The notes below the pieces were generated by a model that saw nothing but the letters and a program-made list of their open reading frames with translations, searched no databases and was not told where the DNA came from. DNA of 64,000 nucleotides, taken from assembly GCA_937961455.1 (NCBI GenBank), contig CALGNN010000087.1:1-64000 (forward strand), in the 5' to 3' direction. Both the position numbers and the translations under genes were made by a program. Position 1 is the stretch's first letter; every line of letters starts with the position of its first letter. Shown in pieces: positions 1 to 8,856 of this stretch. Source of the stretch: an uncultured Saprospiraceae bacterium. Its GTDB lineage: Bacteria > Bacteroidota > Bacteroidia > Chitinophagales > Saprospiraceae.

Positions 1-835
1 CAGGTAAATCTCCCCAAAGCATTTGTTTTGCTGTATATACTTCTGTTACTGCTTCCCAACCTCCTGAATAGGCTAAGGCTAAAGGAGTCGCCCCAGTAAA
101 TCCGTCAACGACGGTTCGCCCCCAGTCATAGGTATCCCAGCCCACAAACTCAAATAAACTATTAAACAGTCCTAAGAATAAATTATCTCCCATTCCGTGA
201 GCCACTGCTGAACCAGCTGCTGAACCTTCTAAGCCTGCTACCCACACTTGATCTCCTGAGATACTAGTGGGATAAGCGAAGAAAACAAAGACTCTTGCCA
301 ATAAAGCTATATTCCAAACATTCATTCCAGTTCCTCCGAAGGCTTCTTTACCAATGATAACTGCAAAAGCTACGGATAGACAAAGAATCCAAATAGGAAT
401 GTCTGGTGGCATGATTAAGGGTATTAGCATACCTGAAACAATGAAACCTTCTTCTATAGCATGCCCTTTTTTAGCTGCATAGAAAAATTCAATTCCAAGG
501 CCAATAAGATTGGTCCAGATAACGATTGGTAAAAATTTCACCAATCCGAAAGCCAATTTTAAGTGTATACCTTCCATGAAACCTGTATGAAGACCCAATG
601 CATAAAAATGCTGATGTCCAATATTGTAGGTTCCAAAAATCAAACACAATTGCATAGCAAGGACAACGGAAATCATGGTCCTTTTTAAATCCACACCATC
701 TCTGATGTGCACACCACCTGAAGTCGTTTCATTGGGTGTGAAAGCAAAGGTGAAAAAGCCATCATACAGGGTATGCAAGAATGGGCTATTCTTTTTGTCT
801 GGCTCTATTTTTTTAAAAAAATCAAGTAATCCCAT
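1..835 (-). CDS. nqrB: Na+-translocating NADH-quinone reductase subunit B (partial, C-terminus beyond window start)
   Basis: The minus-strand translation starts MGLLDFFKK at 835 and continues to ...EVYTAKQMLWGDLP at the window edge, which is a typical NqrB N-terminal half. It lies 14 nt downstream of the nqrA stop, consistent with the nqrABCDEF gene order. Confidence 0.8.
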   Translation of the reverse strand, partial: MGLLDFFKKIEPDKKNSPFLHTLYDGFFTFAFTPNETTSGGVHIRDGVDLKRTMISVVLAMQLCLIFGTYNIGHQHFYALGLHTGFMEGIHLKLAFGLVKFLPIVIWTNLIGLGIEFFYAAKKGHAIEEGFIVSGMLIPLIMPPDIPIWILCLSVAFAVIIGKEAFGGTGMNVWNIALLARVFVFFAYPTSISGDQVWVAGLEGSAAGSAVAHGMGDNLFLGLFNSLFEFVGWDTYDWGRTVVDGFTGATPLALAYSGGWEAVTEVYTAKQMLWGDLP

Positions 836-849
836 GCGTTTCTTTTTTA

Positions 850-2478
850 CTAGCCTTGCGCTCTCATCATTTCCAATCCTTCTCTTAAAATGCTTTGAAG
901 CGGCATTTTAGAAGTGCAGGCAAATTCAGCTAGTGCGATATCTTCTTCAGAAAGTTCATTAATTCCTAATCCCTCCATTCTCTCAAAATCTCCAGCCATG
1001 ATGGCCTTCATTAAAGCTTGAGGGTATATATCCATTGGTAGCATTTTCTCGTATTGTCCTGTGACAACAAATGCTCTTCGCTCACCATTCGTGTTGGTAT
1101 TTGCAGCGTATTTTAAATCAGAAAATGCTGCGTTCAACATGGCTCTTGAAGCAGTTGGTCCCGTACTAAATGGGATCAACCATCCAAACATTTTATATTT
1201 ATCTCCTTCTTCTACCACAGTAACTTGGCTCGCATTAAAATCTAAATACTGCTCATCTGTAACTGCAGTTCCAGTAAGTACATTACCAGAAATAACCCTT
1301 ACATGTTCGTTTGTCACCTTACCTGAAAGTAGTTCGCCAGCATGTGCACCTTGGTATGTCTTCACGTATCCACCTTCCACGTCTTTTCCAGCAATTGCAA
1401 TTAAGCGCTCAGTATTATATCTTCCTTCTGAAAATATTCTTCCTAGTGTTATGGCATTTTGCACAGAAATGGTCCATACCTTATCGCCGCCTCTAATTGG
1501 TGCGATGTGATGGATTTGCACACCTACATTTCCGGCAGGATGTGGTCCTTTGAACCAATGCTTTTCAACACCGGTAGCTTCCATAAATCCTCTAGCTGGC
1601 TTATCTGCTGCAGCGTTAAGACTTAAGTGAACTTTACCTGAGGTCAATTTATTGAGTACATCGATACCCGCTTGGAAAGCTTGTTCATTGCCCTCAATAA
1701 TCATTCGACTATCTGCAGCTAGAGGTGCACTATCGAAACTACTTATGAAAATATTAACAGGCACCTGATCAGCAGGAGGTACAATGTCATAAGGTCTTTG
1801 ATTAAACAATGGCCATGCACCAGCAGATAATAGAAAATTCACCAAATCAGGTCTTGAACAAGTACCCAAATCAGGCAATTGATAAGATCTGTATTGCTGT
1901 TCCTTATCGGCTAGTATCTCTACTGAGCTGATAGATCTTTTTTCTCCTCTTTTGATTTCGATGACTTCTCCACTCACTGGAGCAACATATTTCACTTCAG
2001 GGAATTTTTTATCGTAAAATAAAACATCGCCTGCTTTGACTGTGTCGCCTTCAGTTACTTCCACTTTAGGAATAGGAGAAATGCCATTAAACTCTTGAGG
2101 TTTCAAAGCAAATCTTTGAATATTTGCTTCTATTACCTTTGGAGCTGCATCTCCTTCCAATTGGATATCAAATCCTTTCTTCAAAACATGCGCTGCATCT
2201 TCGTCAACGAAGTCTGGCAGTTTTTCTCGAAAGATATCTCTGATACCTGGCAGAATGGAAAAATTGTTGTCTTTAGATTTGATTCCTGCTCTCTTAGCTT
2301 CTAATTGCAATAAGTTTTCACCAAATAGGAAAATGACTGCTAAAAATAGCAAGCCAGCTATAACCAATAAGGTAGAACTAAATATTCCAGAACCCGAGTT
2401 CGCCTGAGCATAACTCATCGTGGGGATGCAAAATAGAAATAGAGAAAGAATGATGAATTTATAGGTCCCTTTACTCAT
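850..2478 (-). CDS. nqrA: Na+-translocating NADH-quinone reductase subunit A with an unusual ~100-aa hydrophobic N-terminal extension
   Basis: 542-aa ORF. Residues ~100-542 match NqrA (HVLKKGFDIQLEG..., GERRAFVVTGQYE). The first ~100 aa (MSKGTYKFIILSLFLFCIP..., IFSSTLLVIAGLLFLAVIFLFG) are in frame with no stop codon and carry two hydrophobic segments. Confidence 0.85.
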   Translation of the reverse strand: MSKGTYKFIILSLFLFCIPTMSYAQANSGSGIFSSTLLVIAGLLFLAVIFLFGENLLQLEAKRAGIKSKDNNFSILPGIRDIFREKLPDFVDEDAAHVLKKGFDIQLEGDAAPKVIEANIQRFALKPQEFNGISPIPKVEVTEGDTVKAGDVLFYDKKFPEVKYVAPVSGEVIEIKRGEKRSISSVEILADKEQQYRSYQLPDLGTCSRPDLVNFLLSAGAWPLFNQRPYDIVPPADQVPVNIFISSFDSAPLAADSRMIIEGNEQAFQAGIDVLNKLTSGKVHLSLNAAADKPARGFMEATGVEKHWFKGPHPAGNVGVQIHHIAPIRGGDKVWTISVQNAITLGRIFSEGRYNTERLIAIAGKDVEGGYVKTYQGAHAGELLSGKVTNEHVRVISGNVLTGTAVTDEQYLDFNASQVTVVEEGDKYKMFGWLIPFSTGPTASRAMLNAAFSDLKYAANTNTNGERRAFVVTGQYEKMLPMDIYPQALMKAIMAGDFERMEGLGINELSEEDIALAEFACTSKMPLQSILREGLEMMRAQG

Positions 2479-2587
2479 TATTTAACCCATAGTTTTTGTT
2501 GAGCCTATGGTAAAATCACCGCAAAGATATAATTCTTTTTGCCTTTTAAAAGATGCTTAAAATGGTTTTGAAAGCTGTCTAATTTAT

Positions 2588-3118
2588 TTAGACTTTGTCT
2601 AAATAAATTTTTCTCCAATTGAAATATCCATTTATCGCTACTACAAAATAAATAACATACAAAATGGCAAAAAGGATTGCTCCTCGGCTAAAATATAAAT
2701 ACACGTATGTTATATTAATAATGATCCAATACAGCCAATTGTTCAGTTTCTTTATGACTGTTAAATAGGTCGCAATAACCGCAAATATCGTCGTAGTCGC
2801 ATCAAGGTAAGTAGCTGCAGCTTCTGTATAAACATCGAATAAGGTGGCAAAGATCATGGAAAATACACATCCAATAAAAATGATTATACCATGAGTGTTT
2901 CCTGAAAAAGTAGTGATTTGAAGTTGTACTCCGCCTGTTTTAGCAAATTTCCATTGATATAATCCATAGAATCCCATCAAGACATAGAAGACTTGGAGGA
3001 ATCCATCAAAATAAAGGTCGTATTGATAAAAGGTGATATAGGACCAAATCCCACAACTTACAATACCCCAATACCAACAACTGGCTTTTTCTCTGGCGGC
3101 AAGAATGACATAGACCAA
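2588..3118 (-). CDS. pnuC: PnuC-family nicotinamide riboside transporter-like membrane protein
   Basis: 176-aa multi-TM protein with a PnuC-like aromatic-rich pattern (YQYDLYFDGFLQVFYVLMGFYGLYQW, NWLYWIIINI). The true start may lie upstream. Confidence 0.55.
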   Translation of the reverse strand: MVYVILAAREKASCWYWGIVSCGIWSYITFYQYDLYFDGFLQVFYVLMGFYGLYQWKFAKTGGVQLQITTFSGNTHGIIIFIGCVFSMIFATLFDVYTEAAATYLDATTTIFAVIATYLTVIKKLNNWLYWIIINITYVYLYFSRGAILFAILYVIYFVVAINGYFNWRKIYLDKV

Positions 3119-3231
3119 TCCTGTAATAAAAGCGAGCCACTCTGTGGCGCCAACTTCAAGAATGCTACTGAGTAATTGTTCCAGTGTAGTTAATCTACAA
3201 AAACTCTAAATCTAACTTGTGTCACGATCGG

Positions 3232-5559
3232 TTATGTATTTCCAACAAGGTCAACAGTGATTTCTTCTTCACCTTTTTTACCCTCACTTTTGAAAACAAC
3301 AGATATTTCTCCGCGTTGACCAGGTTTGATTGGTGTTTCAGGCCAAAGCAAATCTGTACATTCGCAAGCCGTCACCATATCAATGACCAAATCAGAGCCC
3401 CCTACATTGGTAAATCCAAATACATGCTTTTTGATATCACCTTCTTTTATGATACCAAAATCATGAAAGCGATTATCAAATTTCACAATTGGAGGTCCGC
3501 CTTCAGTTGCAATTCCGCTGGTTCCTTTTCTTTCACCAGCTTTCATTGTTTTAACTGATTTTTTAACCTGAATGGTTTGTGGCCCTTCTATGATTTTGAA
3601 TTCAGTTCTTCTATTGAATCTGTGTTCTTCATCTGAACATCTCACTCCATCTTTACATCTATTGAGGATTTGTGATTCTCCATATCCTATTGATTGCATT
3701 CTTGTTGGGCTAATCCCTTTTTGCCTTAACCATCGAACAGCTGAATCTGCTCTTCGCTGAGAAAGTTCAGCATTATATTCATCACCTCCTTGTGAATCTG
3801 TATGTGAGGAAAGCTCAATTTTCATTTCTGGATATGAAACCATCAAATCGTATAATTTATACAAATCTGGTTCTGCGCTTGGTAAAATTTTATCATCATC
3901 CAAATCATAGTAAATATTGGAAAGTCTGATTTTTTCATTTACGGCGTATTCTTCTACAACAATTTCTTCTGTAGTTTCTTCTGGCTCAGGAATTTTCTCC
4001 ATGAAGATTCTCTTATTGACTGTATGTGTCTCTTTGATACCCAAAGTATTGAACTCCGCCTCTGTATCATAATAGCCAGATCTTTTTACTAGAATCTTAT
4101 AAGTGCTTTCTTTTCCAAGTAGAAAGTTGAAATTATTTGCACTTGCATTCGATTTTGATTCACCTGCACCATTCTCAATATTGGTCAATTCAATTGTTGC
4201 ACCCATCAATGGTGTTTCACCATCAAATACTGAGGCTAATAAATCGATAACAATTTGTCTTTTCGCCCATTGATAAATATCATCGCAGCAAGTTGCACCT
4301 TTAGCTGATTTTGCTTTTGTATCTGGTCTATTAGATGTAAAAAAACCATTTTTCCCTTGTGAGTCAGAACGATAAGAGAATTCATCAAAACTAGAATTGA
4401 TGCCTTTTCCAATATTAGAAGCCAAGCTCCAATTGGTTCCATTCCAATCAGCACTATAAACATCAAAGCCTCCCAGGCCAGGATGACCATTACTGCTAAA
4501 GTAAATCGTACCATCTCGATAAAATGGACTTTCTTCATCTTGAGCTGTATTAATAGAAGTACCTAAGTTTACTGGCAATGAATATTCTGCTGGACCTTCT
4601 CTTGTAGAATAATATAAATCAAATCCACCATAGCCTCCAGGCATATTCGAACTGAAGAATAAAACTTCATTTCCAAATAATTCTCCAACTACAGGATGCT
4701 TAACTAAATAATTGCCATTTATACCTTCAATCTCTGAAGGTGGTGCCCATGATCCATCAGTAGCATAACTCACATATGCGTCACTCAACTGTACTTCGTT
4801 TCCGTCTAATAAAGCACGGGTAAAATACATTCTTCTTCCATCTGGAGATATAGCAACACTCGTAGTATGATATCCCTTACGGTTGATGTGATTGCCTAAG
4901 GCTTCTCCTTTATTCCATTCGTATTTATCATTTTGCGTGGAAGTAAAAATCTTTGCGTGATAGTCATCTTCAGATCCATCTAAGACGAGTGTTTTTTGCC
5001 TTGACATGGCTGCATAGTATAATGTCCCATCGTCAGTTAACCAAGGAGAATATTCTGAATACCTTTTATTTATACTTGAACCAGCGTGTGCAACAATGAG
5101 GTCAATCGGCGCTTCCATAGCAATGGATTTTTCAATCCCTGCAATTTCATTATTAGCAATCTCCGTTAAAATGGGATTGTTGCTGATATTAATGTAGTTA
5201 TTGAATTGTTTGATGGCTTCTGTATAATTATCCATCATTTTAAGTGATCTTGCGTAAGCAAGAACTGCATCAGGTTTGCTAAGCTCTTCATCTTTATCTA
5301 TGGCTCTTTTATACCATTTTTGAGCTCTATCATAATCTCTTAATTGATAGTTGAGATCAGCAATCCTATAAGCAAGGTTGATATTACGATCTTCCTTATA
5401 AGCTTGTTCAAACCAATCTAGCGCACTATAGTAATCATTCGCTGCAAGACTTTCTTCCGCAACCTCAAGCATCATTTCGCGAGGCGTTTCATCTAGCGGC
5501 TGAGCTTGTAAAGCCATATTACAAAGCAAAACGAGTGATAATATCTTTATTATTCGCAT
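3232..5559 (-). CDS. OmpA-family outer-membrane protein with N-terminal TPR repeats, a TolB-like beta-propeller region and a C-terminal DUF1573-like domain
   Basis: Signal peptide, then TPR-like helices (YYSALDWFEQAY, YDRAQKWYKRAI). WD40/TolB-like repeats follow (SPDGRRMYF, GGFDLYYS, GGFDVYS). The OmpA C-like domain has the NxxLSxxRAxxV signature (NAELSQRRADSAVRWL...NRRTEF). The terminal segment is Ig-like (IVKFDNRFHDFGIIKEGD). Confidence 0.8.
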   Translation of the reverse strand: MRIIKILSLVLLCNMALQAQPLDETPREMMLEVAEESLAANDYYSALDWFEQAYKEDRNINLAYRIADLNYQLRDYDRAQKWYKRAIDKDEELSKPDAVLAYARSLKMMDNYTEAIKQFNNYINISNNPILTEIANNEIAGIEKSIAMEAPIDLIVAHAGSSINKRYSEYSPWLTDDGTLYYAAMSRQKTLVLDGSEDDYHAKIFTSTQNDKYEWNKGEALGNHINRKGYHTTSVAISPDGRRMYFTRALLDGNEVQLSDAYVSYATDGSWAPPSEIEGINGNYLVKHPVVGELFGNEVLFFSSNMPGGYGGFDLYYSTREGPAEYSLPVNLGTSINTAQDEESPFYRDGTIYFSSNGHPGLGGFDVYSADWNGTNWSLASNIGKGINSSFDEFSYRSDSQGKNGFFTSNRPDTKAKSAKGATCCDDIYQWAKRQIVIDLLASVFDGETPLMGATIELTNIENGAGESKSNASANNFNFLLGKESTYKILVKRSGYYDTEAEFNTLGIKETHTVNKRIFMEKIPEPEETTEEIVVEEYAVNEKIRLSNIYYDLDDDKILPSAEPDLYKLYDLMVSYPEMKIELSSHTDSQGGDEYNAELSQRRADSAVRWLRQKGISPTRMQSIGYGESQILNRCKDGVRCSDEEHRFNRRTEFKIIEGPQTIQVKKSVKTMKAGERKGTSGIATEGGPPIVKFDNRFHDFGIIKEGDIKKHVFGFTNVGGSDLVIDMVTACECTDLLWPETPIKPGQRGEISVVFKSEGKKGEEEITVDLVGNT

Positions 5560-5570
5560 ACGAGTTGTTA

Positions 5571-6650
5571 TTAAAATCTAGGACAAATAATTACCGGATC
5601 AACGGTTGGTTTTTTATAAATATTAATGATGTACTGGGCGGCCATTTCGAATCCACCTACTGTGTTGGTCGCTGGAGTTAGGCCTGACAAATTCACATCA
5701 TAGGCAACTCCAAATTTGAATCTTCCTGAAGTAGCACCAACTAATAATTGTGCAGCATCTCCCACTCTATATCCCAATCCAAAATTGAGGGTAAAATCTT
5801 TTTCTTCATTTAATAAATAGCCTGCAAGACATTGTACAGCTAGCTCATATCCAGAACTCATTTTTTGGCCGTACCAGCTGGTCAAAAATGCCAGTTGCTT
5901 ACTCACTTGGGATTGGACGCTTCCATGCAGTGTAAAACGCATTTTCACATTACCTTGTGTGATCACAGGAGTTGGGTTAGGACCACCTCCGCCTCCAGTT
6001 GCTCCATTAGTGAACAAGCTAAATCTTTGTCTTCCAATATGATTGGCTGCAAGTCCTAATTTCAACTTGTTGTATTTATTGATTTGAGAGGTAAATTGAA
6101 GCCCTGCATTATGTGTAGTATACGTTGTACTTTCTCTATCTGGTAATAATAAACCAAAGATTTCTGCATTGTTAGGATCACCGAATTGTCCATTGGCATA
6201 TTGACTTGCTAAGTCTGCTTCACCAGGATTTTTTAGTCTTCTATAAACTTGGCCTGTTTGATATCCTATTGATAAATAATTTGTTGCTTTTCGATTGGTA
6301 GCTAGATGATAAGCTAAACTCATCATATAGGCACCATTTACCAAACCAAGTGTGCCTGCCTCATCTTGATAAAATGAAATACCTGCACCAACCCAATCTT
6401 TATCTCTAAATCCTTTATAGACCGGTGAATCTGCATAGAAACTTGGAGTCGAATAAAGGTTAGGAGTAATGGTCGTAAATTGGTTTCTGTAAAGTCCCCC
6501 TATTCTAACAGAACCATAGAAGTCACCTGTCTGTGCAGGATTGACTGTCAAGGGAGAAAAATTATATTGTGTGAAGTGTATATCCTGTGAATTCATTGAA
6601 TATGACATGCACAACAGGAAGCCAATTAGAAAAGTAAATTTTTTACACAT
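5571..6650 (-). CDS. PorP/SprF-family type IX secretion system membrane protein
   Basis: 359 aa with a signal peptide and the N-terminal motif DIHFTQYNFSPLTVNPAQTG characteristic of PorP/SprF, followed by beta-strand-rich sequence. It sits immediately upstream of the OmpA/TPR gene on the same strand. Confidence 0.7.
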   Translation of the reverse strand: MCKKFTFLIGFLLCMSYSMNSQDIHFTQYNFSPLTVNPAQTGDFYGSVRIGGLYRNQFTTITPNLYSTPSFYADSPVYKGFRDKDWVGAGISFYQDEAGTLGLVNGAYMMSLAYHLATNRKATNYLSIGYQTGQVYRRLKNPGEADLASQYANGQFGDPNNAEIFGLLLPDRESTTYTTHNAGLQFTSQINKYNKLKLGLAANHIGRQRFSLFTNGATGGGGGPNPTPVITQGNVKMRFTLHGSVQSQVSKQLAFLTSWYGQKMSSGYELAVQCLAGYLLNEEKDFTLNFGLGYRVGDAAQLLVGATSGRFKFGVAYDVNLSGLTPATNTVGGFEMAAQYIINIYKKPTVDPVIICPRF

Positions 6651-6776
6651 AGATTGATCTATATTTAGAAAATAAAGTTAGGAATATATTCCATTTACTT
6701 AAAACAGATTGAAGTTAGTTTAATGAAGCGTTCTGAAGCTTAATTCTTATTATTAAATACATAAATTGCAAATTAA

Positions 6777-7886
6777 TTGTCAATAAGAACTAATTATTTG
6801 AATAAACGTATCAAAATTAACTTTGCTGCAAGTTTTTGCATCATTTTTTTGAACTGCTTTTGCCTGAGCGCTCAAATGCTTGTTCCTACATCAAATGCTT
6901 CTCTTCAAAGCGAAATCCATTATCAATCGAACTATAAGGAATCTTCTTTTGAGATTACAAAAACACGCTTTGATTCCCTTTTTCTTAGATCTCCAGAATT
7001 TAACAAAAAACGTTTTTGGACCATCAATGGATTGGGAACTGGATTTTATGGTGGAGCATTGTTGGTGCTTAACCAAGCATGGTATAGTCAATTTGATAAA
7101 GAACCTTTTCACTTTTTCGATGATTCGCGTGAATGGTTGCAAATGGATAAATTTGGCCATGCCTTCACGTCATACTTTGAATGCGTCTATGCCCAAAAAA
7201 GTCTTATGTGGGCAGGTACAGATCAAAGAAAGGCCGCTTGGATTGGAGCTGCTTATGGAACTGCTTTCCAATCTGCTGTAGAATTCTTAGATGCCACTTC
7301 AGCAAAATGGGGATTTTCTCCGACAGACATTCTAGCCAATCAAGTTGGTGTCATTGTATTTTTGGCCCAGGAGGCTGGATGGAATGAACAGCGCATCAGT
7401 TTGAAAGTATCTTCACATCAAGTACCGTATCCCTCCTACATAGTCACAAGCAATTCTGGAAATGAAAATTTTGATCTTGCTCGTCGGCAAGCCAATCTTT
7501 TCGGAACTAATTATTTTGAAAGATTTCTAAAAGACTACAACGCTCAAACCATTTGGGCATCTGCCAATATCAGATCCTTCATTCATAAAGAAGATTCCTT
7601 CATTCCAGATTGGTTAAATGTTGCAGTGGGTTATGGCGCACAAAATCTTTATGGAGGTTTTGAAAATGAATGGGAAGATGGAAATGAACGTTATATCCTT
7701 ACACCTCCAGAATTTGATCGAGCCCGACAATACTATCTTTCTTTGGATGTCGATTTTAGCAGAATAAAAACCCACTCAGCTTTCCTAAATAGTTTATTTG
7801 ATGTATTAAACATCATAAAGATTCCGAGCCCTGCTTTGGAACTCACGCAAGGTTCAGGCTTTAAATTTAGACCTATCTATTTTTAA
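6777..7886 (+). CDS. DUF2279-like secreted/lipoprotein
   Basis: 369-aa ORF with a hydrophobic N-terminus and the MDKFGHAFTSY motif typical of DUF2279 proteins. Confidence 0.45.
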   Translation: MSIRTNYLNKRIKINFAASFCIIFLNCFCLSAQMLVPTSNASLQSEIHYQSNYKESSFEITKTRFDSLFLRSPEFNKKRFWTINGLGTGFYGGALLVLNQAWYSQFDKEPFHFFDDSREWLQMDKFGHAFTSYFECVYAQKSLMWAGTDQRKAAWIGAAYGTAFQSAVEFLDATSAKWGFSPTDILANQVGVIVFLAQEAGWNEQRISLKVSSHQVPYPSYIVTSNSGNENFDLARRQANLFGTNYFERFLKDYNAQTIWASANIRSFIHKEDSFIPDWLNVAVGYGAQNLYGGFENEWEDGNERYILTPPEFDRARQYYLSLDVDFSRIKTHSAFLNSLFDVLNIIKIPSPALELTQGSGFKFRPIYF

Positions 7887-7926
7887 TTCTCTCTTTTAAA
7901 AGAATTATATTAAACTAACTGTTGCA

Positions 7927-8856
7927 TTGCTACATTTTACAGCATTTGTAAAAATTAAAAAAACACGCATGAGTCCTATTAAAAAAGAAGACATCAATCA
8001 AGAAGTTTTTGATCTATACGATGACTATTGTCACAATAAAATTGACAGGCGAAATTTTATTGAAAAGTTGTCAGTCTATGCAGTTGGAGGGTTGACTGTG
8101 GCGAGCCTGTTGCAATGTGTTTCTCCGGACTATAAAAATAACATTCAGGTTAAAGTTGATGACCCTCGATTGGATATAGAAACTATAGCATTCACTTCTG
8201 CCAAAGGAGGTGGATCCATAAAAGGACAATTATCAAAACCAAAAAACCTCAACAATCAATTGCCAGGGATAATTGTGGTTCATGAAAATAGAGGACTGAA
8301 TCCGCACATTGCAGATGTAGGAAGAAGGGCTGGGCTTGCAGGATTTATTTCATTGGCCCCAGATGCCTTGACTCCACTGGGAGGCTATCCAGGCACAGAT
8401 GATGAAGGGAGAGCTCTTCAAAAACAAAGGGATAAAAATGAAATGCTTGAAGACTTTATTGCTGCATTTGAATATTTGAAAACCCATCCTAATTGTAATG
8501 GTAAAATTGGCGTTGTAGGATTTTGTTTTGGTGGCTGGATTTCTAATATGATGGCTGTGAGAGTTCCGGAATTGTTAGCCTCCGTTCCGTTCTATGGTGG
8601 GCAAGCAGACTCCGAAGATGTCCCAAAAATAAAAGCTCCCTTATTACTACATTTTGCCTCATTGGATGAACGTGTCAACAAAGGTTGGCCTGAATATGAG
8701 CAGGCTTTAAAGGCGAATGAAAAGGAATACATTGCTCATATGTACCCTGATGTAAATCATGGCTTTCACAATGATTCTACCCCACGATATGATGAAGCTG
8801 CAGCAAAACTTGCATGGAAACGCAGCATCGATTTTTTTAAAGAAAAATTAGTCTAG
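7927..8856 (+). CDS. Dienelactone hydrolase family protein (Tat-signal-bearing carboxymethylenebutenolidase-like)
   Basis: RRNFIEKLSVYAVGG twin-arginine-like signal. DLH-family alpha/beta hydrolase pattern (IIVVHENRGLNPHI, GVVGFCFGG, DVNHGFHND). The probable true start is MSPIKK at 7969. Confidence 0.7.
   Translation: MLHFTAFVKIKKTRMSPIKKEDINQEVFDLYDDYCHNKIDRRNFIEKLSVYAVGGLTVASLLQCVSPDYKNNIQVKVDDPRLDIETIAFTSAKGGGSIKGQLSKPKNLNNQLPGIIVVHENRGLNPHIADVGRRAGLAGFISLAPDALTPLGGYPGTDDEGRALQKQRDKNEMLEDFIAAFEYLKTHPNCNGKIGVVGFCFGGWISNMMAVRVPELLASVPFYGGQADSEDVPKIKAPLLLHFASLDERVNKGWPEYEQALKANEKEYIAHMYPDVNHGFHNDSTPRYDEAAAKLAWKRSIDFFKEKLV

Noticed and set aside
6880-7387. Several 68-133-aa ORFs on both strands inside the DUF2279-like gene
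   Set aside because: Nested in alternate frames of a longer, signal-peptide-bearing ORF. No independent start context.
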